Source of the DNA: an uncultured Thermoanaerobaculum sp.
Lineage (GTDB): Bacteria; Acidobacteriota; Thermoanaerobaculia; Thermoanaerobaculales; Thermoanaerobaculaceae
DNA: 64,000 nucleotides
Assembly: GCA_937934115.1 (NCBI GenBank)
Contig: CALHAH010000011.1
Span: forward strand, 15,948 to 79,947
Reading direction: 5' to 3'
Shown: one piece after another, positions 20,071-29,496 of the stretch
How positions within the stretch are numbered: the first letter of the stretch is position 1
Layout of the letters: every line of letters begins with the position of its first letter
Made by a program: the position numbers and the translations under genes
The notes under the pieces: model-generated
Databases searched by the model: none
The model's input: only the letters and a program-made list of their open reading frames with translations
What the model was told of the DNA's origin: nothing

Positions 20071-22827
20071 CTATTGGGGCTTGAACGGTATGGGTTGGGT
20101 GAACCAGGTCTTAACCTTAACCCCATCCTTGGTTGCTGGTTTGTAACGCCAGTTCTTAACGGCCGCTACTGCTGCGGCATCCAAGCCCAGATCGGGTTTG
20201 ACGCCTCGCAGTACCTTAACATCGCGCACCACCCCGTTTTCATCCACCAGCACGCTTAAGATCACGGTCCCTCCCTGCCGCTGCCGCGCTGCCAACGGTG
20301 GGTAGGCGGGTTTGGGCATAACGATCGGCTCAGGCCAGACGTCAGGAAGGTCCACCAAATCGCCTTCTTTCACCGCTGGGGCCGCGGTTTGCGCCACGGC
20401 CGGTGCCGGCGTAGGCGTGGGCCGCGGTGGCGTGGTGGGCTCCGGTACGGGTGTGGGTTCGGGCTCCGCAGGGGCCGGGACCGGGGGCGTGACCAAAGCT
20501 GCGGCTGGGGTTGGCGTAGGCAGCGGGCTAGTGGGTGCGGGGCTAGGAACTACGGCAGGGGCTGGTGCGAGGGTGGGGCGAACGGCAACCGTGGGAACCT
20601 CTGCTGCCGGTGGAGGTGTGGGCTGCGGAGCAGGTGGCGCTGCACGTTCCTCTAATGGGGGGGTAAGTTCCGCTTCCGGCTTGGGGATTTCCACCTGCGC
20701 CACTTGCTGGGGTCCAGGGCTAGATTCGGGCACGGGCGACGGGGCAGGTTTACCCCGGGTGAAGAAGAGGTACGCAGCTGCCGCTGCCAACAACGCCGCC
20801 GGTACGGCCCATACCATGGGGGAAGGCCCACGACGGGCGGGAAGTTCCTGCTCCAGTTCTGGGATAGGGGTGGGTGGCACCGGCACGGGCGCCGGTTTTG
20901 GTTCAGGTGCTGCAGGCCGTTGGGGTTCCGGGGGTTTAGGCGGCGGTGGGCTTACCGGCAGCTTCACCGTGGCGGCGGTCTCGGTCGCTAGTGCGGGCCG
21001 CTCTCGTCCCTGCAAGTCACAGAGGAAGGCGCCAAGGGAAGCGGCACTGGGTGCTGGCTCGAAGGCACGCATGGCAGCTTCCAAATCTTTGGCCATGTCC
21101 GCCGCCGACTGGTACCGCTCTTCCCGTTTTTCCTTCAGGGCTTTCAGAAGGATCTGTTCTACCTCGGAGGGGATGGTGGGGTCCACCTCCCGCGGTGGCA
21201 CCAGCTTGGGGCTTCTCACTTGCTCGAGGATGGAAAGCTCAGAGTCGCCGGAGAAGGCCTTGCGTCCCACGATCATTTCGTAAAGCACGAGGCCCAAAGA
21301 GAAGATGTCGGAGCGATGATCTAAATCTTTCCCCCAAGCCTGCTCTGGTGACATGTATTGCAGCTTGCCCTTGAGGGCTCCGGCGCGGGTATGGGAAGCC
21401 TTGGAGGCCGCTTTGGCGATGCCAAAATCGCAAAGCTTGATTTCTCCTTCATAGGAAATCAGCACGTTTTGCGGGGACACGTCGCGATGCACCAAGGCCA
21501 TGGCTTGGCCCTTGAAGTCGCGTTTGCGGTGCGCGTAATCCAAAGCGTCGGCCAGCCGTGCCCCCACGTAAAGCGAAAGGGGCAGGGGGAAGCGTTCACC
21601 TTTGGCTTGGAGCTTGTTAAGGATAGAGCGCAGGTCGAGGCCGTCAATGTACTCCATGGCGATGTAGTACGAGCGCTCGATCTTGCCCAGGTCATAAATG
21701 TGGATGATGTTGGGGTGCTGGAGCTGGGCGGCGAGCTTGGCCTCGTCAATGAACATGGTTACGAACTCGTCGTTATCGGTGAGATGGGGAAGGATGCGCT
21801 TAATGGCTACGATCTTTTGAAAGCCCTCCAACCCCTTCATGCGGGCCTTGTAAACCTCCGCCATGCCGCCGGTGGCGATGTGCTCGATGAGCTCGTATTG
21901 GCCAAAGGCGGTGCCGGTGGCGGCAGCAGGCTGCGCAGCAGCTGGTTTAGGTGGCTCGGGACGTGCCGCTTTCGGCTCGGCCGGTGCCGGCGGCGTAGGT
22001 TTTGTTGGTGGCTGCGGCTTGGGCTTTACGGGAACTTCCAACCCGGAGAGGGTTTGCGAGAGCAGCTCGTCCACCCGCTTGGCGCCGGTGTCCTCAGCGG
22101 GTTTTGGCCTTTTTTCTTCGACCTTGAGCACATCGGCAATGGTGGCTTCCAAGACCCGCTCCACGTCTTCCACCGCCCCCTTGGGAGCGGGTACTTGGCG
22201 GGGCGGGCTTGGGGGCTTTGCCGGTGCCGTGACAGCCGGCTGCGGCGGAACGGGTGTGGGAGGCTCCGGTTTTCTCGTGGGAGCCTTGGGTTCCACCCGA
22301 ATGCGCTGTGTGTCGGCGGGGCTTGGCGCTTCCTCTTCCTCGAGGAGGTCAGCGAAGAGCTCCTGGGAGGTCACCACACCTTTTTCACCGCCCTGCTGTT
22401 TTAGGGCCTCGAGGATTTCCACCTTGGTTTTTTCGGAAACGCTGGCGGCCCGTGCGCCGCTTTCCAGCCAGTGCTGCACGCAGTCCCTAAGCTGTTGGTC
22501 AGAAAAAGGCTTGGGGAGGATATCCTGAGCCCCAAGACGCTGGGCGTCACCGCGGGTGTCGCTGCCGTTATAGCCACTCATCAAGATGACAAAGGGTGTG
22601 CTGCGCAGGCCGGCGCGGGCTCGCAGTTGCGTAATGGCATCTTCCACCTTCACCCGTGGCAGTACGGAGGTGAGCAACACCAGCGAGGGCTCCACCTTGC
22701 TGCAGTGGGCAATAGCCGCGTCAAGGTCGGTGGCGGTGAGGAACTCCACGTTCAGAGGGGCCAGCGCAGCCGCATAACGGGCGGCGTTGCGGGGCTCGTA
22801 GTCAACCAGAAGGACTGTCGGTTTCAT
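20071..22827 (-). CDS. pseudo-receiver / Ser-Thr protein kinase / TM / TonB C-terminal domain fusion protein
   Basis: N-terminal CheY-like fold with LVLLTSVLP (Thr where the acceptor Asp should be) and conserved ILMSG and LPKPF. Kinase motifs [29 protein letters not shown] helix [19 protein letters not shown]. Three Pro-rich linkers. C-terminal TonB_C ([26 protein letters not shown]...NWRYKPA). Confidence 0.9.
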   Translation of the reverse strand: MKPTVLLVDYEPRNAARYAAALAPLNVEFLTATDLDAAIAHCSKVEPSLVLLTSVLPRVKVEDAITQLRARAGLRSTPFVILMSGYNGSDTRGDAQRLGAQDILPKPFSDQQLRDCVQHWLESGARAASVSEKTKVEILEALKQQGGEKGVVTSQELFADLLEEEEAPSPADTQRIRVEPKAPTRKPEPPTPVPPQPAVTAPAKPPSPPRQVPAPKGAVEDVERVLEATIADVLKVEEKRPKPAEDTGAKRVDELLSQTLSGLEVPVKPKPQPPTKPTPPAPAEPKAARPEPPKPAAAQPAAATGTAFGQYELIEHIATGGMAEVYKARMKGLEGFQKIVAIKRILPHLTDNDEFVTMFIDEAKLAAQLQHPNIIHIYDLGKIERSYYIAMEYIDGLDLRSILNKLQAKGERFPLPLSLYVGARLADALDYAHRKRDFKGQAMALVHRDVSPQNVLISYEGEIKLCDFGIAKAASKASHTRAGALKGKLQYMSPEQAWGKDLDHRSDIFSLGLVLYEMIVGRKAFSGDSELSILEQVRSPKLVPPREVDPTIPSEVEQILLKALKEKREERYQSAADMAKDLEAAMRAFEPAPSAASLGAFLCDLQGRERPALATETAATVKLPVSPPPPKPPEPQRPAAPEPKPAPVPVPPTPIPELEQELPARRGPSPMVWAVPAALLAAAAAYLFFTRGKPAPSPVPESSPGPQQVAQVEIPKPEAELTPPLEERAAPPAPQPTPPPAAEVPTVAVRPTLAPAPAVVPSPAPTSPLPTPTPAAALVTPPVPAPAEPEPTPVPEPTTPPRPTPTPAPAVAQTAAPAVKEGDLVDLPDVWPEPIVMPKPAYPPLAARQRQGGTVILSVLVDENGVVRDVKVLRGVKPDLGLDAAAVAAVKNWRYKPATKDGVKVKTWFTQPIPFKPQ

Positions 22828-22861
22828 GGGCCCATCCCACCTCTCGGTCCAACTGGTGTGT

Positions 22862-22891
22862 ATTGTCGCCCACGGGCGAGGCTTCCGTCAA
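22862..22891 (-). promoter_or_regulatory. sigma-70-like promoter candidate for the kinase-accD-glyA operon
   Basis: Minus strand reads TTGACG (22891-22886), 18 nt spacer, GACAAT (22867-22862). GAGGTGGG lies before the ATG at 22827. Confidence 0.3.
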
Positions 22892-22949
22892 GGGAAGTCT
22901 CGGGGCGTGTAAAATACTAGCGAAGGCCAGGTCAGGCCGGGAGCTCGCC

Positions 22950-23696
22950 ATGTCGGGACACAATAAATGGAGCACCATCAAGCATAAGAAGAGCAAGCTC
23001 GATGCCAAGAGGGGCAAGCTCTTCACCAAGCTTATCCGAGAGATCACCACGGCGGCTCGCTTGGGTGGGGGAGATCCTGAAGCCAACCCTCGACTGCGGG
23101 CCGCGATCCAAGCGGCTAAGGCCGCCAACATGCCCCAAGAAAACATCACCAAAGCCATTCAACGGGGCACGGGTGAGCTTCCTGGGGTCACCTACGAAGA
23201 GGTGGTATACGAGGGGTACGGCCCGGGTGGGGTGGCGGTTATGCTGCAAGCCCTTACCGACAACCGCAACCGCACTACGGCTGAGATCCGCCACCTCTTT
23301 GCCAAGCACGGCGGCAACCTAGGGGAAACGGGGTGCGTGTCGTTCCTTTTCAAAAAACAAGGCTACCTTTTGCTTCCAAAGAGCTCCGGATCGGAGGAGG
23401 CCGTGATGGAAGCAGCCCTGGAAGCCGGGGCTGAAGACTTTTTCGCCGACGATCCCGAGTTTTTTGAGGTTTACACGGCGCCTGAAGAACTCCACAGGGT
23501 CAAGGGCGCTTTGGAAGCCAGGGGTTTCACGGTGGAACAAGCTAAAATTGAAATGGTTCCCACCACCCAGGTGCGCCTGGAGAACAAGAAGGCCGAACAA
23601 ATGATTCGCCTCATGGAAGCTTTCGAAGACCACGACGATGTGCAAAACGTGTGGGCCAATTTCGATATTGATCCCAGTTTGCTGGAAGCTCACTAA
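22950..23696 (+). CDS. yebC: YebC/PmpR family transcriptional regulator
   Basis: [28 protein letters not shown] is the family hallmark N-terminus. Confidence 0.95.
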   Translation: MSGHNKWSTIKHKKSKLDAKRGKLFTKLIREITTAARLGGGDPEANPRLRAAIQAAKAANMPQENITKAIQRGTGELPGVTYEEVVYEGYGPGGVAVMLQALTDNRNRTTAEIRHLFAKHGGNLGETGCVSFLFKKQGYLLLPKSSGSEEAVMEAALEAGAEDFFADDPEFFEVYTAPEELHRVKGALEARGFTVEQAKIEMVPTTQVRLENKKAEQMIRLMEAFEDHDDVQNVWANFDIDPSLLEAH

Positions 23697-23698
23697 AC

Positions 23699-24181
23699 GT
23701 GCGGGTATTGGGTGTTGACCCCGGAACCCGCACTACGGGTTGGGGCCTCATTGAAGTCGAAAACGGACAAATTACCCGGGTAGCGTGGGGCTGCCTTAAG
23801 GGAAGGCGAGGGCTGCCGCGGGCGCAAACCTTGTCCCGGCTTGCAGCGGAACTCCAAACCCTGCTCGCCCAGTGGCAACCCCAGGTGGTGGCGGTGGAAA
23901 CGCCGTTTGTGGCGCGGTTTCAAAAGGCCAGCTTGCTCTTGGCCGAAACGCGCGGCTCGCTCCTTGCGGCACTGGGGCAGTGGGGCGGCGAGGTTGTGGA
24001 GTACCAACCGGCAAAAATCAAGGCCTGGGTGGTAGGCAATGGCATGGCAGAAAAAGGGCAGGTGGCTTGGCTAGTGCAAAGGCTTTTCGGGATTGCGGAA
24101 CCCCTGCCTGCGGACGCGAGTGACGCTTTAGCGGTGGCTCTTTGCCATCTGTTAGCAACCAAAAGTGTAAAGCTGCGTTGA
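23699..24181 (+). CDS. ruvC: crossover junction endodeoxyribonuclease RuvC
   Basis: MRVLGVDPGTRTTGWG N-terminus; 160 aa; conserved yebC-ruvC synteny. Confidence 0.93.
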   Translation: MRVLGVDPGTRTTGWGLIEVENGQITRVAWGCLKGRRGLPRAQTLSRLAAELQTLLAQWQPQVVAVETPFVARFQKASLLLAETRGSLLAALGQWGGEVVEYQPAKIKAWVVGNGMAEKGQVAWLVQRLFGIAEPLPADASDALAVALCHLLATKSVKLR

Positions 24182-24316
24182 CGTTTCCCCATTCCGCGAC
24201 TCGTTGACTCTCCTTTCCGTCCTATGCTAGCCTCACCCAGCCGGAAAAGGGGTACCTTGTCCGGCAAAACCAACGGAGTTGGCGGCAGGCCAGTCCGGGA
24301 AAGTGAGGAGGCGAAC

Positions 24317-24973
24317 GTGTTAGGCGATCTCGTAACGTACTTCCAGCAGGGTGGCATCATGATGTGGCCGCTTTTAGCGTTCTCAATCTTGACGGCCACG
24401 TTTTTAGTGGAGCGCGGTTTGGCGTTGCGGAAGGCCAAGGTCAACGTCAACGAATTCCTTTCTAAAGTGCGGAAGGCGCTCCTGGTTAACCGCGATGTGC
24501 GCGGGGCAATGAAGGTGTGCGAGGAGTACCAGGGTCCGGTGGCTTCTGTGGTGAAAGCGGCGCTGGCGCGCTACGGTCATCCTCGTGAGGACATTGAAAA
24601 GAACATCGAGTCGGCAGCAGTTTTTGAGAGCGCGCGGTTGGAGCGGGGGTTGATGGTACTGGCTACTTCCGCCAACATTTCCCCCATGATGGGCTTTTTG
24701 GGCACGGTCACCGGCATGATCAAGTCCTTCGCCACCTTGGCTCAGGCGGGTCTTTCCAACCCTGGTGCGGTGGCCGCAGGTATTTCTGAAGCCCTCATTA
24801 CCACGGCTACGGGTTTGTTCATTGCCATCCCTGCCCAGCTGGGTTACAACTATTACATGAACCGTATCAACCGGTTCATGCGGGATATCGAGGTGGCCTC
24901 CAATATGTTGATGGACACCTTTATTGAAATGGATAGCGAGCGGTACGGACAGGGAGGCAGCGCGGAGGCGTAA
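24317..24973 (+). CDS. exbB: MotA/TolQ/ExbB proton channel protein
   Basis: GGIMMWPLLAFSI..., GFLGTVTGMIKSF and ALITTATGLFIAIPA. GAGGAGG lies 6 nt before GTG 24317. Confidence 0.9.
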   Translation: MLGDLVTYFQQGGIMMWPLLAFSILTATFLVERGLALRKAKVNVNEFLSKVRKALLVNRDVRGAMKVCEEYQGPVASVVKAALARYGHPREDIEKNIESAAVFESARLERGLMVLATSANISPMMGFLGTVTGMIKSFATLAQAGLSNPGAVAAGISEALITTATGLFIAIPAQLGYNYYMNRINRFMRDIEVASNMLMDTFIEMDSERYGQGGSAEA

Positions 24974-24974
24974 G

Positions 24975-25412
24975 ATGATTCGAATACGGCGAGTGGGCCG
25001 TAAAGCAGACGCTTACATCCCCACCGCGACCATGGCGGATATCGTGTTCCTGTTGATCATCTTTTTCATCGTGACGTACAACATCGAGGTGGACAAGGCA
25101 CGTGTTCAGCTGCCGCGGACGACCGTGCGCACGGACGTGCCCCGTGACGCGGCGTATGTTTCGGTGGATACCGAGGGTGTCATTCGGGTGTCGGGTGGCA
25201 AGGAAACCTCCGTGCCTGTGGCAACGGTGGAAGAAGTACAAACCTTTGCCCAAAACGTGGTGGCCCAAGCTCCAGACAAGGCGTTTGTGGTGAAGGCTGA
25301 CAAGGGCACCCGTTATCAAACCATCGATAGGGTTCTCGATGCCTTGAAACAGGCGCGGGTGCGAACGATCTTTCTTCTCTCCGAGCAGCGCACGGTCTCG
25401 GATCAGAGCTGA
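24975..25412 (+). CDS. exbD: ExbD/TolR family protein (paralog 1)
   Basis: Single TM (MADIVFLLIIFFIVT) plus a periplasmic ExbD fold. The ATG lies 1 nt after the exbB stop. Confidence 0.9.
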   Translation: MIRIRRVGRKADAYIPTATMADIVFLLIIFFIVTYNIEVDKARVQLPRTTVRTDVPRDAAYVSVDTEGVIRVSGGKETSVPVATVEEVQTFAQNVVAQAPDKAFVVKADKGTRYQTIDRVLDALKQARVRTIFLLSEQRTVSDQS

Positions 25413-25421
25413 GGGGGCGCC

Positions 25422-25901
25422 ATGAAACTTGAACGTAGGAAAGTGCCACCGGAAATCTTTACGGGCTCCATGGCCGATGTGACCTTCCTCCTCATCATCT
25501 ACTTCATGGTAACCATGGCCTTTTCCGCTACCAAGGGTTTGGATTTTGCTGTGCCCAAAGAGGAAACTACCCAGGTCCAGCTGGAGAGGGAAGAGGCGGT
25601 GGAGGTAAAGGTCACGCCCCAGGGAACCTACCTTGTGGATGGTCGCCCGTTGGCTTTGTCTCAGTTTGCGGATTACCTTAAGGGCAAGATTGTGCCAGGG
25701 AAGCTGGTGGAAGGTAAGCCGGTCGTTGAAAAGCCCGTGATCTTGAGGCCGGATCCCCAAGCCCCCTATGGGGCCATGATGGACGCTTTTGACGAGCTAC
25801 GACAAGTAAAGGACAAGCTGGGCTTGGCCCGGGACCTGAACATTTCGCTGCCCACCCAGCGGGAAATTGAGAATCTGTGGGGCGCTCTGGGAGCTCTGTA
25901 G
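25422..25901 (+). CDS. exbD: ExbD/TolR family protein (paralog 2)
   Basis: MADVTFLLIIYFMVT TM helix; ExbD-like C-terminal domain. Confidence 0.88.
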   Translation: MKLERRKVPPEIFTGSMADVTFLLIIYFMVTMAFSATKGLDFAVPKEETTQVQLEREEAVEVKVTPQGTYLVDGRPLALSQFADYLKGKIVPGKLVEGKPVVEKPVILRPDPQAPYGAMMDAFDELRQVKDKLGLARDLNISLPTQREIENLWGALGAL

Positions 25902-25944
25902 CCTTGCGGCGGCCATGGCCCTACAATAAAGACGGAGGTGAGGT

Positions 25945-26649
25945 ATGAGCACCAATGAGCGCCAAGACCAAGACCTGATGTTGCAAGAGCTGAGTCTCCT
26001 GGCGCTGGAGTACGAGGAAGATCGGCGCACGCTGCGAATTGCAACCGCTATTGCCATTGTTTTCCATATCGTCCTCTTCGTCATGCGGTTCCCCGAGTGG
26101 GCCACGCGAACCGCCGAGGCGCAGCAAAATAAACCCAAGATCTTCGTGGTGCAACAGCCGCGTTTCAAGCCGCCAGAAGTGCAAAAGCAGCAAGAAATCC
26201 TCAAACCCCGGACCGTACGTGTACCCATTCCCGACCCCACCCCAGACGAGCCTGAACCGGTACGCCAGTACGAGCCCGAAGAGGACATTCCGCACACTCC
26301 GTTGCCGCCCGAGGCAGTGTTCGGGGACATCGGCCCGCCGCCGGCTCCCGAAGATGAGGGGCCAATCCGCGTGGGTGGTCAGCTTAAGGAGCCGCGTCGG
26401 ATTAAACACGTGGATCCCGTTTATCCCGAAATCGCCCGCAGGGCTAAGGTCCAAGGACCGGTAATCCTTGAGGTGGTTTTGAGTAAGGACGGCAGCCCCA
26501 AGAGCGTGAAGGTTCTCCGTGGGCTTTCCATGGGACTCACCGAAGCGGCGGTGGAAGCGGTTAAGCAGTGGCGATGGGAGCCCTCGACGCTTAACGGGAG
26601 GCCAGTGGAGGTTATCATCGTGGTGACCGTGAACTTCCGGCTCCAGTAA
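25945..26649 (+). CDS. tonB: energy transducer TonB/TolA-like protein
   Basis: TM helix with a conserved His (AIAIVFHIVLFV), a Pro/Glu/Lys-rich spacer, and TonB_C (VYPEIARRAKVQGPVILEVVL...QWRWEPS). Confidence 0.85.
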   Translation: MSTNERQDQDLMLQELSLLALEYEEDRRTLRIATAIAIVFHIVLFVMRFPEWATRTAEAQQNKPKIFVVQQPRFKPPEVQKQQEILKPRTVRVPIPDPTPDEPEPVRQYEPEEDIPHTPLPPEAVFGDIGPPPAPEDEGPIRVGGQLKEPRRIKHVDPVYPEIARRAKVQGPVILEVVLSKDGSPKSVKVLRGLSMGLTEAAVEAVKQWRWEPSTLNGRPVEVIIVVTVNFRLQ

Positions 26650-26658
26650 GGAAGCGGC

Positions 26659-27480
26659 ATGGCACTTCAAGGTTCCCTTGCTGACCTTGCCCTTCCCGAC
26701 GTGATCCAGTTGGTGTCGGTGTCGGGTAAAACAGGAGTGTTCACGCTTTCGGGCGACGGGGGAATCGTCGGCAAGATCTTCTTGAAGGATGGTCAAATCG
26801 TAGATGCGTATGTGGGTAACCTGCGCGGGGAAAACGCCGTGTACGAAATGGCCATTTGGCAACGCGGGCAGTTCATCTTTACCCCGCAGGTGGAGTCGGA
26901 CCAGGTAACCATCACCAAATCCAACGCGTCGTTGATGATGGAAGCGGCACGGCGGTTGGATGAGTGGCGAGTTTTGCAAAAGCGCATCCCCTCCCTAGAC
27001 CTCATTCCGTATTTTTTGCCTCGGGAACCAGGCCATGATCAGGTTACCCTTTCCCCCCAGGAGTGGGTGGTGGTTACCAAAATCGATGGTCAGCGCTCGA
27101 TCCGTCAGCTGGAGGAGGTAACTAAGCTTTCGGCTTTCGATTTGTGCAAGACTCTTTTTGGCCTTATCACCTCGGGCCTCATTGGTCTGCGTTCGCCTGG
27201 GGAAGAAGCACCGCAGGGTGCACCGGCCGGACCTTCGGTAACCACCCTTTTGGCGCTTACCGAAAACATTCGCAAGGTTGCTGAGGAGATCGTTGGTCCT
27301 GGGGGGGCTATCACCGTGGAAAAGCAGTACCGACTGGCCCGCACCGAAATTGAACGCGGCAAGGGCATGAGTGCCGTGCAAAGCATGGTGGACCAGCTGG
27401 CGAGGGCGATTTCGCTGCTCAAAGGCGGGGAAGAAGCGGGAGAGTTTCTCCGGCGAGTAACCCCGTTGGTTCAGTTGTAA
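26659..27480 (+). CDS. DUF4388 (PATAN-like) domain protein, cytoplasmic
   Basis: LQGSLADLALPDVIQLVSVSGKTGVFTL...IFLKDGQIVDA is the DUF4388 N-terminal pattern as I remember it. No signal peptide or TM helix. Confidence 0.7.
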   Translation: MALQGSLADLALPDVIQLVSVSGKTGVFTLSGDGGIVGKIFLKDGQIVDAYVGNLRGENAVYEMAIWQRGQFIFTPQVESDQVTITKSNASLMMEAARRLDEWRVLQKRIPSLDLIPYFLPREPGHDQVTLSPQEWVVVTKIDGQRSIRQLEEVTKLSAFDLCKTLFGLITSGLIGLRSPGEEAPQGAPAGPSVTTLLALTENIRKVAEEIVGPGGAITVEKQYRLARTEIERGKGMSAVQSMVDQLARAISLLKGGEEAGEFLRRVTPLVQL

Positions 27481-27491
27481 CAAAGGGGGCA

Positions 27492-28637
27492 ATGAGGATG
27501 AAATGGGTAGGGCGTTTTCTTTCGTTGGTGGTGGCAACGGGGCTGTGGGCGGCCGACTGGAACGCCGCTGTCTCGCTGTACAAGAAGGGGGACTACGCGG
27601 GCGCGCTTAAGGAGTTCCAAGCCGTCCTCGAGGAAAACCCCAACTATGCCGGTGCCTACTACTACGTGGGCGCATGCCAGGAGAAGCTAGGGCGCAAGGA
27701 TCAGGCACTGGCCAACTACCAAAAGGCCAACCAAATGGAACCCACCAATCCGGCCTTTGCCCGCGCCTTGGCGCTGTTACTTGTGGATTTGGGTAAGGCT
27801 GGAGAAGCGGTGAAGGTGTTGCAGGTTTTGCCGGTGGAAACCCTCAAGGGGGAGCAAAGGGCTGTGGTGCTCACTACTTTGGCGCGCGCAAAGCTCGCCA
27901 CCAACGACACCCCTGGTGCGGTGGACGCCGCCCGCTCGGCCACGCAAGCCGCTCCCCAACAGGCCGACGCTTGGGCTATTTACGGCGCCGCTTTGTCGCG
28001 AGCAGGTAAGGACGCGGAGGCTTTCAACGCTTACCGACGGGCGTTTGAACTTTCAGGAGACCCTGCGCTGGGTAAGACCGCCGCCACCACTGGTTTGCGC
28101 GCCGCGCGCATGGTCAAAGGCCAGGAGGCTAACTCACTGTACAACCAAGCGGCCACGGTAGCCACCAAAGCCTACGAAAAGAGGCCTTCCCCTGAGTTGG
28201 CGCTTTTGGCCGCCGAGGGGTACCTGGGAGCAGACCGCTACGACGAAAGCCTCGCCTGGCTCGATAAGGCGGGCGTGGAAAACGCCTTGACCACCTATTA
28301 CCGCGGCCAATGCGCCCAGGGCAAGGGGGACGTGGTTAAAGCTGAAAAGCATTTCCGGGAAGCGCTCACCAAAAGTCCGGATGCTCACCTCCGGCGCTTG
28401 ATTTACAGCTCTTTGGGCTTTGTGCTGGATAAGCAAAAGCGCTACAAAGAGGCGGAGCAAGCGTATCAAGAAGCGGGCAACCCTAGCAAAGTCGCGGAAA
28501 TGCGCGACAAGCAAGCGAAGTACGAGCAAAACCTCAAGGCTGACGAGGAAGCACGGCGTATCGAAGAAATCCGTAAGACCCAGGAAGAACTACGGCGCCT
28601 GCGGGGAGGAGCGCCGATGCCTACGCCGAAGTCCTAA
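27492..28637 (+). CDS. exported TPR-repeat protein
   Basis: Signal-like N-terminus (FLSLVVATGLWAA), multiple TPR units (YKKGDYAGALKEFQAVLEENPNY...) and a charged coiled-coil tail. Confidence 0.8.
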   Translation: MRMKWVGRFLSLVVATGLWAADWNAAVSLYKKGDYAGALKEFQAVLEENPNYAGAYYYVGACQEKLGRKDQALANYQKANQMEPTNPAFARALALLLVDLGKAGEAVKVLQVLPVETLKGEQRAVVLTTLARAKLATNDTPGAVDAARSATQAAPQQADAWAIYGAALSRAGKDAEAFNAYRRAFELSGDPALGKTAATTGLRAARMVKGQEANSLYNQAATVATKAYEKRPSPELALLAAEGYLGADRYDESLAWLDKAGVENALTTYYRGQCAQGKGDVVKAEKHFREALTKSPDAHLRRLIYSSLGFVLDKQKRYKEAEQAYQEAGNPSKVAEMRDKQAKYEQNLKADEEARRIEEIRKTQEELRRLRGGAPMPTPKS

Positions 28638-28656
28638 CAAGCCTGCCAGAAGTGGA

Positions 28657-28682
28657 AAAGCCCCGAGAACCGGCGGGGCTTT
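28657..28682. terminator. hairpin between convergent TPR gene and ftsX (candidate terminator)
   Basis: AAAGCCCCG (28657-65), 8-nt loop, CGGGGCTTT (28674-82). On the minus strand the stem is followed by a short T run. Confidence 0.45.
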
Positions 28683-29496
28683 AAGGTTCCTGGGGAAGGG
28701 AACGGGTGCCCACCGCCGCTCCTAGGGCGCCGGCAACGCCTCCGGCCAGGAGCGTGAGCAAAAAATAAGTGTGGGGCAAGGGCGGCAGCCTTACCCATGG
28801 GTCCAGAAGAAACTTCCCCAAAAGCGCCAAGCCCACGCCAGCCGCGCCCCCAACCACCCCCAAGAGCGTGCTCGCCACCAGGTACGGTGCCCTGATGTCC
28901 TCCTCGTGCGCACCGATAAGGCGCATGATGGCAATCTCGTCGGCGTGCGACAAAACCAAAAGCCTCACCACCAACACCACCAAAGCGCCAAAGGCAAAAA
29001 CCAAAATCGTGGCCAAAAGGCCAGCAAGGCGCAACGCCAAAGAAAATCCCGCAAGGGCAGGGTCCACCCATTCCTGGGAAGAGCTCACCACCGCCACTGC
29101 CGGCTGCGAGCGCAAGAACTCCCCCAAGGCTTGCGCTTGGCTGGCGGGCACCGTCACCGAAACCGCTGCTGGCAGAAGGCCTTCGGCGGCCGCACCGCCG
29201 GCCCAGCCGGCGAGGGTTTGGCCCAGTTCCCGAGGGGATAGGGCCACGCTTTTTGCTTGCGGAAAGCGTGACGCCACGCTAGCTTGCAATAGGGCGGGGT
29301 TGGCCCCCTCCACCAAAACCGCCACCACCACTGTTTGGCTGGCAGCGCGGAGCAAACCCGCGCGCCCCCATTGCAGGAAGCTAGCCGCCAGCATGGCCCA
29401 GGCCCCACCCACGGCCAACAGTAAAACTGCCACCAAGGCCATGCCGCGAGCTTCCCGCAGTTGCCGCGCTACCTCCCGCCACAGATGCTGCCTCAT
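28681..29496 (-). CDS. ftsX: cell division permease FtsX
   Basis: Four-TM FtsX-like permease. ATG 29496 overlaps the ftsE stop (ATGA). Confidence 0.88.
   Translation of the reverse strand: MRQHLWREVARQLREARGMALVAVLLLAVGGAWAMLAASFLQWGRAGLLRAASQTVVVAVLVEGANPALLQASVASRFPQAKSVALSPRELGQTLAGWAGGAAAEGLLPAAVSVTVPASQAQALGEFLRSQPAVAVVSSSQEWVDPALAGFSLALRLAGLLATILVFAFGALVVLVVRLLVLSHADEIAIMRLIGAHEEDIRAPYLVASTLLGVVGGAAGVGLALLGKFLLDPWVRLPPLPHTYFLLTLLAGGVAGALGAAVGTRSLPQEP

Noticed and set aside
20312-21283. Gly-rich 323-aa ORF and apparent low-complexity DNA repeats (20.3-21.0 kb and 21.9-22.3 kb), considered as a possible tandem repeat, CRISPR-like array or Gly-rich protein
   Set aside because: It is the reverse complement of the CCN-rich codons that encode the Pro/Ala/Thr linkers of the kinase-TonB_C protein. 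There is no regular period and no repeat-spacer organisation.
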